Shown here: positions 28,420-36,912 of the stretch, piece by piece | Layout: the number at the start of each line of letters is the position of its first letter | Numbering within the stretch: position 1 is the stretch's first letter | Assembly: GCA_046290225.1 (NCBI GenBank) | Contig: JBKAGE010000075.1 | Coordinates: forward strand, 128,001-192,000 | Direction: 5' to 3' | Source: Bradymonadia bacterium | GTDB lineage: Bacteria > Myxococcota_A > Bradymonadia > UBA7976 > UBA1532 | Length of the DNA: 64,000 nucleotides | The notes under the pieces: model-generated | Databases searched by the model: none | What the model was told of the DNA's origin: nothing | What the model saw: the letters and a program-made list of their open reading frames with translations, nothing else | Made by a program: the position numbers and the translations under genes

Positions 28420-31400
28420 ATGAACAGTCCTTTTGATTCTGCCTCTTCCCAGGTGCCTCGACGCCCTCATCTGAGCCGGTGGCTGCCTTGCCTCTGCTTC
28501 GCGCTGTGGGGCTGCCTGCCGGATGATCCGCCCGAAGTGCTCTCCGCGGCTCCGCAGGAGGGCACCGGACCCATGGTGGTCTTCGAAATGAAGGCCACCC
28601 CGATCCCCGACGTGCCGTTTCCCAACGACCTGCTCACGCGACCTGATCCCGACTCGACGACGGGCCTGCGGCTCAACCTGTCGATCCAGGCCCCCACGGC
28701 AGCCAACCGCTCGATGCGGCGACGCCTGCTCGAGCTCGACGGCTTCGGTTTGAGCGGCCAGATCACCGTGCGCTTCGACGCCCCCGTCGACGTAACGCTG
28801 CTCCGTGGTGTCGGTCGTGCCTACGTCGATGACCCCTTGTGGGTGATCGACCTCACCGAGGGGGCTCACTTCGGAGAGCGGATCCCCCTCGACCTGGGTC
28901 GGGGCAACTTCCCCCTCGTGGTGCATGATCCCGACGGCTCGTTTCCCCGAGATCCACGGGCTGGGGAGCCCAACCTGATCTTCGAGACGGTGGCGGAGGA
29001 TCTCGATGGGGATGGGCAGCTTGGCCCTCTCGAAGATGGCGACGGCGACGGGGTGCTCGATCAGCCCAACGTGTTCTCCGAGGGGGGAGATTCGGTGGAC
29101 GATCTCGTAGATTTCTACGAGAAGGAGACCGACACCCTGATCCTCCGGCCCGTGGTGCCTCTGCGCCCAGGGCACACCTACGCCGTGGTGATCACCGATC
29201 AGGTCCGTGGCGTGGACGGCCAGCCGGTGCGCTCACCCTTTCCCTTCATTCATCACAGCCGTCAGTTCGCCACCCTCAAGGCGTTGCCTCAAGCCCTCGC
29301 CGATCACGGCCTGGATCTACAGTCTGTGGCATTCACTTGGGCCTTCACCACTCAAACGGCGACACGGGCGCTGCTCGATCTACGCCATGGCCTCGTGGGT
29401 CAGGGGCCCTTCGAGGCCCTCGAAGACGTGTTCCCGCCGGGGGTGACGGCCATCGAGGTGCTCAAAGATCAAGGCACGCCTGAGCCTCTGCTGCTCCGCA
29501 CCGAAGATCTCGAGTCCCTGCTCGATGCTGCCGGTGAGATCCTGCTCGGAGGGACTGAGCTGGAGCGTGCCGGGGTGCGTCAGGCGGTGTCCACCATCGA
29601 CTATCTGGTGTCTGCGCGCTTCGTGGCGCCGGATCTCCTCATCGAGGAGCCCGAGGTGGACGAAAACGGCCTCATCGTCACGCAGGCCGAGGGCAACTTT
29701 GCCCCCGCACCGATTTTCCGACTCGACACCACAGCGATGACCGTGGAGGCGAGTGCCGCGACGGTACCCTTGTGGTGCGCTGTGCCCAAAGCCACAGACG
29801 TGCATCAGGCGCCGTTCCCCGTCGTGATGTATCAGCACAGTCTCGGGGCCACCGGGTTCGAGCTGATCCGCGTCGCTGGTCCGCTCACGGCGGGTGGCTT
29901 TGCGGTGTGCAGCATCGACGCCTACGGCCACGGTGCGGTCCTGTCAGATGCAGAAACACAAGCCCTGGAAACGGCCCTGGAGCCGCTGGGCATGGCCCCC
30001 TTCATCTCGGCGTTCATGGGCCTGCGTGCCCGGGACCTGAACAATGATGGTGTGCTCGATCCTGGAGCCGGCACCTTCACTGCTGATCCTTTCCGGACCC
30101 GGGACGTGCTGCGCCAGGGTGTGGTGGACGCGCTCCAGACCATTCGGGTGTTGCAGGGCTTCGACGGCTTCGCCGGTTGGGCTCCGGCCCAGGGCGGTGG
30201 GGCAGGGGCCCTCGCCGGAGACTTCAATGGTGATGGCGTGGTGGACTTTGGGGGCCCCGGCGTGACCTATGCTGTGACCGGGCAGGGATACGGCGCCATG
30301 GTCGCCAGCATGGTGGGCGCAGTGGCCCCGGAGATCGACGCCACCGCGCTCATCTCTGGAGGCGGCGGTCTCACCGACATTGGCACCCGCACCCAGGACC
30401 GCTCGATTCTGCTCTCCGCCGTCGCCCAGATCATGGGGCCCTTGATCATCGGTGATCCGCCAGAGAGCAACTTCACCGCGCTTCGATTCTGGGTGCCCGA
30501 TGAAGACGCGCCTCGGGCAGCCTTCGCCCGTCTGCCACCGCTGGTGCCTGGTGACATGGTCCGGTTGGTGAACCTCACCTCAGGGGAGGCCCAGACCGCT
30601 ACAGTGGACGGTGAGGGTGGGTTCCACATCACGGTGGCTGCAGATGCCGTGCGGGCGCCGAAGATCTCGGCCACCCTGGCGAAGGTGCGCAACCAGCGCC
30701 AGCTGGCGGAGACGCCGCCATACACGCTCGACGCCGATGAAGTGACGGCCTTCGGTGATCCGCTGGCCCTGGAGGTGGTCGACGTCAACGGCAACCTGAA
30801 GCATCGCGTCGACGCCCTCGACAGTGTGATCAGCCACAATGGCCTGATCTACCCCGCCGGCAGCCCCCTCGTGGCCATCGAAGGGGGTATGGGCCTGCGC
30901 CGACAGACACCTGAGTTGCGTCGGTTCTTGATGCTGTACCAGACCGCTGTCGATCCCGGTGATCCGCTGATCTACGCCCGGGCCCATCTGCTTGAGCCCC
31001 GAGAGCTGGTGAGCCCGGCCCCGCTCACAGATCCCATGGCCGCGCCCCCGACGCCCACCCCTGGCTCCACGGAGAACAGCCCCCTGATGATCCTGGCCAC
31101 CGCCGGCGACTCGGTGCTGCCGGTCTCCTCAGCCGTGGCCCTGGGCCGCGCCGCGGGGGTGGTGTCCATCGACGAGCCCCTCGACGATCACAATGGCCGC
31201 ACCCCCAATGAGGTGCTCATCGATTACCGGGTGGTGGAAGGGGTGCCCCGCCTCGAGCGCTACGAAGGGGGGGGTCTCTTCGACGTGGACGATCTCAGCG
31301 ACGGCACTGACGGCTTCGAACTGCCCCGCCTCGATCCACCCCTGCGCTGGTCTGTGGAGACGCCTGGGGTGGGCACGTCATCGATTCGGGTGCCGGTGCT

Positions 31401-31506
31401 CGATCCGGAAGGTAGCCACGGGCTCACGGGGCCGCGGCCGGATCTGCCGTGGGATGGTCCCACGGCGCTGCTTGAGATGATGGTGGAGTTCTTTCAAGCG
31501 CAGTAG
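28420..31506 (+). CDS. Lipoprotein with Ig-like N-terminus and alpha/beta-hydrolase (extracellular lipase-like) domain
   Basis: Lipobox ALWG-C, PFPND, LDGFG, TRDVLRQGVVD; nucleophile elbow reads GQGYG; C-terminal SHG. Confidence 0.75.
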   Translation: MNSPFDSASSQVPRRPHLSRWLPCLCFALWGCLPDDPPEVLSAAPQEGTGPMVVFEMKATPIPDVPFPNDLLTRPDPDSTTGLRLNLSIQAPTAANRSMRRRLLELDGFGLSGQITVRFDAPVDVTLLRGVGRAYVDDPLWVIDLTEGAHFGERIPLDLGRGNFPLVVHDPDGSFPRDPRAGEPNLIFETVAEDLDGDGQLGPLEDGDGDGVLDQPNVFSEGGDSVDDLVDFYEKETDTLILRPVVPLRPGHTYAVVITDQVRGVDGQPVRSPFPFIHHSRQFATLKALPQALADHGLDLQSVAFTWAFTTQTATRALLDLRHGLVGQGPFEALEDVFPPGVTAIEVLKDQGTPEPLLLRTEDLESLLDAAGEILLGGTELERAGVRQAVSTIDYLVSARFVAPDLLIEEPEVDENGLIVTQAEGNFAPAPIFRLDTTAMTVEASAATVPLWCAVPKATDVHQAPFPVVMYQHSLGATGFELIRVAGPLTAGGFAVCSIDAYGHGAVLSDAETQALETALEPLGMAPFISAFMGLRARDLNNDGVLDPGAGTFTADPFRTRDVLRQGVVDALQTIRVLQGFDGFAGWAPAQGGGAGALAGDFNGDGVVDFGGPGVTYAVTGQGYGAMVASMVGAVAPEIDATALISGGGGLTDIGTRTQDRSILLSAVAQIMGPLIIGDPPESNFTALRFWVPDEDAPRAAFARLPPLVPGDMVRLVNLTSGEAQTATVDGEGGFHITVAADAVRAPKISATLAKVRNQRQLAETPPYTLDADEVTAFGDPLALEVVDVNGNLKHRVDALDSVISHNGLIYPAGSPLVAIEGGMGLRRQTPELRRFLMLYQTAVDPGDPLIYARAHLLEPRELVSPAPLTDPMAAPPTPTPGSTENSPLMILATAGDSVLPVSSAVALGRAAGVVSIDEPLDDHNGRTPNEVLIDYRVVEGVPRLERYEGGGLFDVDDLSDGTDGFELPRLDPPLRWSVETPGVGTSSIRVPVLDPEGSHGLTGPRPDLPWDGPTALLEMMVEFFQAQ

Positions 31507-31531
31507 AGCGGACGACCGCGCTGCGCGCCGT

Positions 31532-31905
31532 CTGTAGCGGACGGCCAGCTAAAGCTTTCGTGCCTTTGGCACCGCCTGTAGCGGACGCCTCGCCTTTGGC
31601 GAGAGCTGTAGCGGACGCTCATTTGCCTATGGCAAATTCCCTGTAGTTTTTTTGAAGATCAGTTGGGGGGCGTTGGCTCATCTACCGCGAAGGTTGTGGC
31701 CCTTTGATGAACCAGTTCCGGCGTAAGCCCCAATCGGGGTCGAGAAGCCTACCCGGCACACCATAAGTCTCTTAGAAAGCTACAGCTCAGGCTGCCGGAG
31801 GCAGACCCGGCGTCCGCTACAGCTTTGCGCCGGCGTAAGCCGGGGCAGGCGTCCGCTTCAGGCGGTGCCAAAGGCACGAAAGCTTTAGCTGGCCGTCCGC
31901 TACAG
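31532..31905. repeat. Fold-back intergenic element A with REP-like CTGTAGCGGACG units
   Basis: 59-bp inverted repeat 31532-31590 / 31847-31905 with one mismatch. Three CTGTAGCGGACG-type units per arm, separated by short hairpins. Confidence 0.9.
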
Positions 31906-31913
31906 GCGGTGCC

Positions 31914-33530
31914 TCACCAGCCCGACTTCTTGTACTTCTGCGTCGCTTCGAGGAAGGCCCCTTCAGCAAACTGGTTCGGGGACAGCTCCTGGATGCCGTC
32001 CTCCGAGAACTCCAGGATGCGCGTCGCCACGTCGGCCACCATCTGGCGGTCGTGGGTGATGAAGACGCAGGTGCCTTCATAGCGCTGCATGGCCTCGGTG
32101 AGGGAGCGGATCGACTCCAGATCGAGGTGGTTGGTGGGCTCGTCGAGCAGTAGCACGTTGGGCTTGAGCAACATCAGCCGGGCGAGCAGCAGGCGGACCG
32201 TCTCACCACCAGAGAGCACCTTCGTGGGCTTGAGGGGCTCCTCCTTGGTGAAGAGCAGGCGGCCGAAGAGGGAGCGCAGAGACTCCTTGTTCGTATCCTT
32301 GCTCCACTCCCAGAGCCAGTTCTCTGCGGAAGTGTCCGACTTCTCGATGAGCTCTTCGTGGTTCTGGGGCAGGTAGCCGTGGTTGGCCTCGTAGCCCCAG
32401 TCGATGCTGCCGTCGTCGGGCTTCACCTCGTCGAGCATCATGCGCATCATCGTGGTCTTGCCGATGCCGTTGGGGCCGATGAGGGCCACCTTGTCACCGC
32501 GGAAGATGTGGAACGTGAAGTCGTCGCAGATCCGGGCAGTCTCGAAGCGCTTGTCGATGTGCTCGATGCTGAGCACCTGCTTGCCGCTGGGGCGCTCGAT
32601 CTCGAAGCGGATGAAGGGCCGCTGGATGTTCGAACGCTTGAGATCGGCGAGGGCTTTGCGCTCACGCTCGAGCTGCTTCTCGCGGCTCTTCACCTGGCTG
32701 GCCCGGGAGCCCGCTCGGAAGCGCTGCACGAACTCCTGCAGCTGCTGGATCTTCTGGCCCTTGGCCGAGTTGGCCATCTCGAGGGCCGAGCGGGCCTCGG
32801 CCTTGGCCTTCACCATGTCGTCGTAGTTGCCGGGGTAGACGATGATGGTCTCGTAATCGATGTCGGCGATCTTGGTGCACACCTCGTTGAGGAAGTGGCG
32901 ATCGTGGCTGATGACCACCAGGGCGCCGGTGTAGTCCTGCAAGAAGCCCTCGAGCCAGCGGATGCTGCCCATGTCCAGGGCGTTGGTGGGCTCGTCGAGG
33001 AGCAGGCCTTCGGGCTGACCGAAGAGGGCCTGTGCCAGCAGCACGCGGACCTTGTCGCCACCCTGGAGCACGCTCATGGGCTTGAGATGCAGCTTCTCGG
33101 GGATCCCGAGGCCTTCGAGGAGATCGGCGATCTCCGACTCGGCGGTGTAGCCGTCTTCTTCGGCGATGGCCATCTCGAGCTCGGCGAGCTCCATGCCCTC
33201 GTCGTCGGTGAGATCGTCGCCCTTCTCCAGCAGCATCTCTTTCTTGCTGTTGGCCTGCCAGAGGCGATCATTGCCCATCATCACCACATCCTGGATGCGG
33301 TGCTCTTCGTAGGCGTAGTGATCCTGCCGCAGGATGCCGAGACGCTTCGGGCGGCTCACCCGGCCGGTGGTGGCTTCGATGTCACCACCGAGGATCTTCA
33401 TGAAAGTGGACTTGCCACTGCCGTTGGGCCCAGTGAGGCCGTAGCGCTCGCCGGCGTTGAAGGTGACCTCGACATTCTCGAAGAGAACCTGAGGCCCGTA
33501 GGACATCGACAGCTCGGAGACGGTGATCAT
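31914..33530 (-). CDS. ABC-F family ribosome-associated ATPase (YbiT-like)
   Basis: Two ABC domains (GPNGSGKST, LLLDEPTN, GPNGIGKTT, LSGGE) and no transmembrane segments. Confidence 0.93.
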   Translation of the reverse strand: MITVSELSMSYGPQVLFENVEVTFNAGERYGLTGPNGSGKSTFMKILGGDIEATTGRVSRPKRLGILRQDHYAYEEHRIQDVVMMGNDRLWQANSKKEMLLEKGDDLTDDEGMELAELEMAIAEEDGYTAESEIADLLEGLGIPEKLHLKPMSVLQGGDKVRVLLAQALFGQPEGLLLDEPTNALDMGSIRWLEGFLQDYTGALVVISHDRHFLNEVCTKIADIDYETIIVYPGNYDDMVKAKAEARSALEMANSAKGQKIQQLQEFVQRFRAGSRASQVKSREKQLERERKALADLKRSNIQRPFIRFEIERPSGKQVLSIEHIDKRFETARICDDFTFHIFRGDKVALIGPNGIGKTTMMRMMLDEVKPDDGSIDWGYEANHGYLPQNHEELIEKSDTSAENWLWEWSKDTNKESLRSLFGRLLFTKEEPLKPTKVLSGGETVRLLLARLMLLKPNVLLLDEPTNHLDLESIRSLTEAMQRYEGTCVFITHDRQMVADVATRILEFSEDGIQELSPNQFAEGAFLEATQKYKKSGW

Positions 33531-33581
33531 GGGTGCTCCTCTGAATGGCGCCGGGGAAGGGGGCGCTGAAGAAGGTGGCGG

Positions 33582-33610
33582 ACCTTAGCAGAGGGGGCCT
33601 GCGCGCTCAA
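33582..33610 (-). promoter_or_regulatory. Sigma70-like promoter of the ABC-F gene
   Basis: TTGAGC-N17-TAAGGT with a TG extension on the minus strand; GAGGAG ribosome-binding site downstream. Confidence 0.55.
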
Positions 33611-33753
33611 GGCGAGGGGCGGGGGGAGCAGCGATTGGGGCGTGTCGTCGGCGCCTCTGCGGCGACCGAGGCTGAAACCTGTGTCGCTTTTCTTGTGGAA
33701 ATGGCGTGTTCCCGTCGATAACCAGACACTGGAACCATCACAAGAGAGCGGGC

Positions 33754-34968
33754 ATGCGCGGCATCAAGTTCCTGTTAGATAACTCGATGTTCCTGATCAT
33801 CGGTGCCGTCGGTGCCTTGATCTGGGCGAACGTGGACTACGAGGCCTATCACCACCTCGTACACCTCGACTTGTTCCACAATGGCTTCGTGGGCCACGCC
33901 CACGGCGACCACTACAGCATCACGCCGCATTACATCGTCAACGACATCTTGATGGCCCTCTTCTTCGGCATCGCCGGTAAAGAGGTTTGGGAGGCCACCC
34001 TGCCTGGTGGCCCCTTGAACAACCCCAAGCAGGCCGCAGCACCTCTCATCGCCACGATCGGAGGCATGGCCGGACCCGCGCTGGTCTTCGTGCTCGTGGC
34101 GGTCATGGCCGGTGAGTTCGACGCCCTGGGCAACGGCTGGGCCGTGCCCACCGCCACCGACATCGCCTTCAGCTATATGGTGGCCCGCATCGTCTTCGGT
34201 GGCGGTCACCCTGCGATTCCGTTCCTGTTGTTGCTCGCCATCGCCGACGACGCCCTCGGCCTCGTCATCCTCGCGGTCTTCTACACCTCGGGCGCTCAGC
34301 CCATCTGGTTGCTGCTGGTGCTCGCGGGCATCATCGTCGGTGTGGTCTTCCGTCGCATGAAGATCTCCAGCTTCTGGCCCTACCTGCTGATCCCCGGGAT
34401 CTTGTCGTGGGTGGGCATGGCCAAGACCGGGGTGCACCCCGCCCTGGCTCTGGTGCCCATCATCCCCACCATGCCTCACGCGCACTCCGACTCCGGGTTG
34501 TTCAACTGGAAGGAGATGCACAAGACCGACACCCTCAACGCCTTCGAGCACTGGTGGAAGAACCCCGTGGAGATCATCCTGGGCTTCTTCGGTCTGTTCA
34601 ACGCCGGGGTGCAGCTCGGGGCCATGGGCACCGCCACCACCGCCGTCGTCGCCGGCCTGTTCATCGGCAAGCCTCTGGGCATCTGGGTCATGGGCTACCT
34701 GGCCAAGCTCGGCGGGTTCAAGCTGCCGGTGGGCATGAACTACAAAGATCTGTTCGTCGTGGGTTGCGCAGCGGGCATCGGCTTCACCGTGGCGCTCTTC
34801 GTCGCCACAGTGGCCTTCAAGACCTCTCCAGGAGAGCAGGGGGCGGCGAAGATGGGCGCCTTGCTGAGCTTTGGCGCCGCCATCCTCACGGTCATCGCCG
34901 CAAAGGTGATGGGGGTGCAGAAGGTCGCCGGGAATCCACCAGGCCATGGCCACGGCGAACATCACTGA
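33754..34968 (+). CDS. nhaA: Na+/H+ antiporter NhaA
   Basis: NDILMALFF, GWAVPTATDIAF, LAIADD, GKPLG and GIGFTVALF motifs. Confidence 0.93.
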   Translation: MRGIKFLLDNSMFLIIGAVGALIWANVDYEAYHHLVHLDLFHNGFVGHAHGDHYSITPHYIVNDILMALFFGIAGKEVWEATLPGGPLNNPKQAAAPLIATIGGMAGPALVFVLVAVMAGEFDALGNGWAVPTATDIAFSYMVARIVFGGGHPAIPFLLLLAIADDALGLVILAVFYTSGAQPIWLLLVLAGIIVGVVFRRMKISSFWPYLLIPGILSWVGMAKTGVHPALALVPIIPTMPHAHSDSGLFNWKEMHKTDTLNAFEHWWKNPVEIILGFFGLFNAGVQLGAMGTATTAVVAGLFIGKPLGIWVMGYLAKLGGFKLPVGMNYKDLFVVGCAAGIGFTVALFVATVAFKTSPGEQGAAKMGALLSFGAAILTVIAAKVMGVQKVAGNPPGHGHGEHH

Positions 34969-34984
34969 ATGATCGGGTGACCGC

Positions 34985-35320
34985 TCAGTTCACCCTCAAA
35001 AACAAGATCCCCCACACCAGGGCCAGCAGGCCCACCACCCCCAACAACACCGGATCGATGGTCACCGCCCGCTCGAGGCGGGCGCGCCATCGTGCGTCGT
35101 CTCCCTCGAGATCAGCAGGTACGTCGGCGAGCATGGCTTTGGCGCGGCGGTAGTTGCCGTTGTTGAAGACCTCCACCGCCTCGGCGAGGGCCTGGTGTTG
35201 AGGTGGGCTGACCTCGGGCGCATCGTCGGCGCCTTTGCCCACAGCCTTCTTCGAAGGCGTCTTCTGGGCGGCCTTTTCGCTTGGGCCGGGCTTCTTCTTC
35301 GATTTTTTGGGGGCACTCAT
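34985..35320 (-). CDS. Small hypothetical protein with basic N-terminus and C-terminal TM helix
   Basis: MSAPKKSKKK...; IDPVLLGVVGLLALVWGILF. The upstream extension in the ORF track crosses the riboswitch and is probably spurious. Confidence 0.7.
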   Translation of the reverse strand: MSAPKKSKKKPGPSEKAAQKTPSKKAVGKGADDAPEVSPPQHQALAEAVEVFNNGNYRRAKAMLADVPADLEGDDARWRARLERAVTIDPVLLGVVGLLALVWGILFLRVN

Positions 35321-35540
35321 GGGGCGCACTTTAACCACCAAAGTGGGGATTGCCCAGAGCGCTGCCTGGGTCATCATCGACCCAGTGGAGGAAAGAGAAG
35401 ATTTTGTGGTTAAGGGGATGATTGAGGGTGCCGAATCATTTCTCAGACGGGGACGTGACATAGCCCCCGCCGAGGCAGCCAGCGAAAATGGTGCGCACTC
35501 TCGCTCACCTGGATCGCTCCGTGAAAGGGGCCGCCCCGGC

Positions 35541-35640
35541 AAACGAAAAGGCAAACCGGCCGCGAGGTCGGGACGCAAAGCCACGGGTCTGAGAGGGGAC
35601 GCTTCCCACCCCTCCCAGGCAGCCGGGCCACCGAAGGGTA
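35541..35640 (+). ncRNA. c-di-GMP-I (GEMM) riboswitch aptamer
   Basis: GGCAAACC-stem-GCGA tetraloop-GGGACGCAAAGCCACGGGTC...CAGCCGGGCCACCGAA matches the GEMM-I consensus; lies about 90 nt upstream of a CDS. Confidence 0.92.
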
Positions 35641-35729
35641 CCCCCGATCTCCGGGGCTCACACCATATCTGACCGGGGGGAGATTCGTCGCCTTCCCACG
35701 ACGCCCCGGGCAGAGAATGTGCTTTTGTC

Positions 35730-36305
35730 ATGAACCGTATCGCCGCACTCATCATCGCTCTGGGCTTGTGCATCAGTGGTCCCGCTGCCGCCGACAGTGA
35801 CAGCTGGTTCACCCTCGGCGGAGGCGCCCACTACAGCTTCGTACAAGACCAGGTCTCCGAGAATCCCGAGGTGGGGCAGATGCACTATGGTCTGCTCACG
35901 CGGGCCAAGATTCTGAGGTTCGTGGGCCTCGAGGCCAGCTGGCAGCTCGATCACGAAGCCGGCAGTCAGGCCGATCGCATTTTGTCGCCGCGGTACCAGC
36001 TGGGTCTGATGCTCAACCTGGTGCCCACCAAGTACTTCACCCTCTTCGGGGTGTTGGGGACCGGAGCCCACGAGGCAGGCCACCTCATCAACCTCAACGG
36101 TGCGAGCACCAGCCTGTTCACCGGAGGCGGCCTCGAGGTCTACCTCGGCGATCACGTCGCTGTGGGTTTCGACCTGCGCTTTCGGCTGCCCGGGCCCTAT
36201 CACCTGAAGGAAGAGGTGGTGGAGGAGCGCTCCAGCGAGCCCCTGGAAGAGGCACTCCAGTTCAACGTATGGCAGGCCAACATGATGGTGGCCTGGTATC
36301 TCTGA
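35730..36305 (+). CDS. Small outer-membrane beta-barrel protein
   Basis: Signal peptide ending AAA, alternating amphipathic strands (GGGLEVYLGDHVAVGFDLRF), C-terminal beta-signal-like VAWYL. Confidence 0.8.
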   Translation: MNRIAALIIALGLCISGPAAADSDSWFTLGGGAHYSFVQDQVSENPEVGQMHYGLLTRAKILRFVGLEASWQLDHEAGSQADRILSPRYQLGLMLNLVPTKYFTLFGVLGTGAHEAGHLINLNGASTSLFTGGGLEVYLGDHVAVGFDLRFRLPGPYHLKEEVVEERSSEPLEEALQFNVWQANMMVAWYL

Positions 36306-36487
36306 GGCAACGCCTCCAAGAAGGCCAGTGGGCCTTCACATCGAACGCGTAGAGCAGGGCCGCGTGACGACACCGATCCGACGATCTGGTCCCATGCACG
36401 CCCGCGACCTCGAAACAGGTCTCTCGCCGGCTCGGTGAGACCACCCCTGAGCTCACCTCCTCGGAGGTGGTCCGGTCCTGCTCTGCG

Positions 36488-36524
36488 CCACGCCCCGAGG
36501 TCACCCCCTCGGGGCGTGGTTTTT
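36488..36524 (+). terminator. Intrinsic terminator
   Basis: Perfect 13-bp stem CCACGCCCCGAGG / CCTCGGGGCGTGG, 6-nt loop, then TTTTT. Confidence 0.8.
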
Positions 36525-36703
36525 CCGTGCACAGAAGGGGCTGGCTCTCCAGATCGGGCAACGCCAGCCGTCGAATACACGCCTGCAAAAAAATCGCTGT
36601 TTTTTTGCCTTCCCACCTTTTCCCACCGAAGATGAGCACCTGCCACACGTGTGTCTGCAGTCTATTTCGATACAGGCCCACTCTTCTGAACAGATCACCG
36701 GAC

Positions 36704-36739
36704 TTATCCACAGAGTTGTCCACAGGCACTTGTGGATAA
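36704..36739. promoter_or_regulatory. Cluster of three DnaA boxes
   Basis: TTATCCACA (36704), TTGTCCACA (36716, one mismatch) and TGTGGATAA (36731, perfect box on the reverse strand). Confidence 0.8.
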
Positions 36740-36830
36740 CTGTTTCACCCCAAGATATGCCCATCGCTGCTGGCCGAGGACTCAACATCTGGTGGGTCGC
36801 TCTATTGATGCGCCAACAGAGATTTGAACG

Positions 36831-36890
36831 TTGACTCAAACACATCGCGGCGTAGGATGACCCACGTGGAAAACCGTGGGAAAAAGTGGA
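36831..36890 (+). promoter_or_regulatory. dcw promoter with MraZ-box repeats
   Basis: TTGACT-N16-TAGGAT followed by GTGG(A/G) at 36866, 36876 and 36886 (10-bp period). Confidence 0.75.
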
Positions 36891-36912
36891 TCTGAGGTCC
36901 ACAGAGTGAACA

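Noticed and set aside
31532..31646. CRISPR array from the repeated CTGTAGCGGACG
   Set aside because: The repeat is only 12 bp, spacing is irregular (44, 30, 35 nt), the spacers are themselves hairpins, the array is mirrored in inverted orientation, and there are no cas genes in the window.
36587..36740. Chromosomal origin oriC
   Set aside because: Only three boxes, no extended AT-rich unwinding element, and no dnaA/dnaN/gidA context. Kept as a regulatory site pending GC-skew analysis.
36306..36912. RNase P RNA (often near mraZ)
   Set aside because: The conserved GAGGAAAGTCC motif was not seen on either strand.
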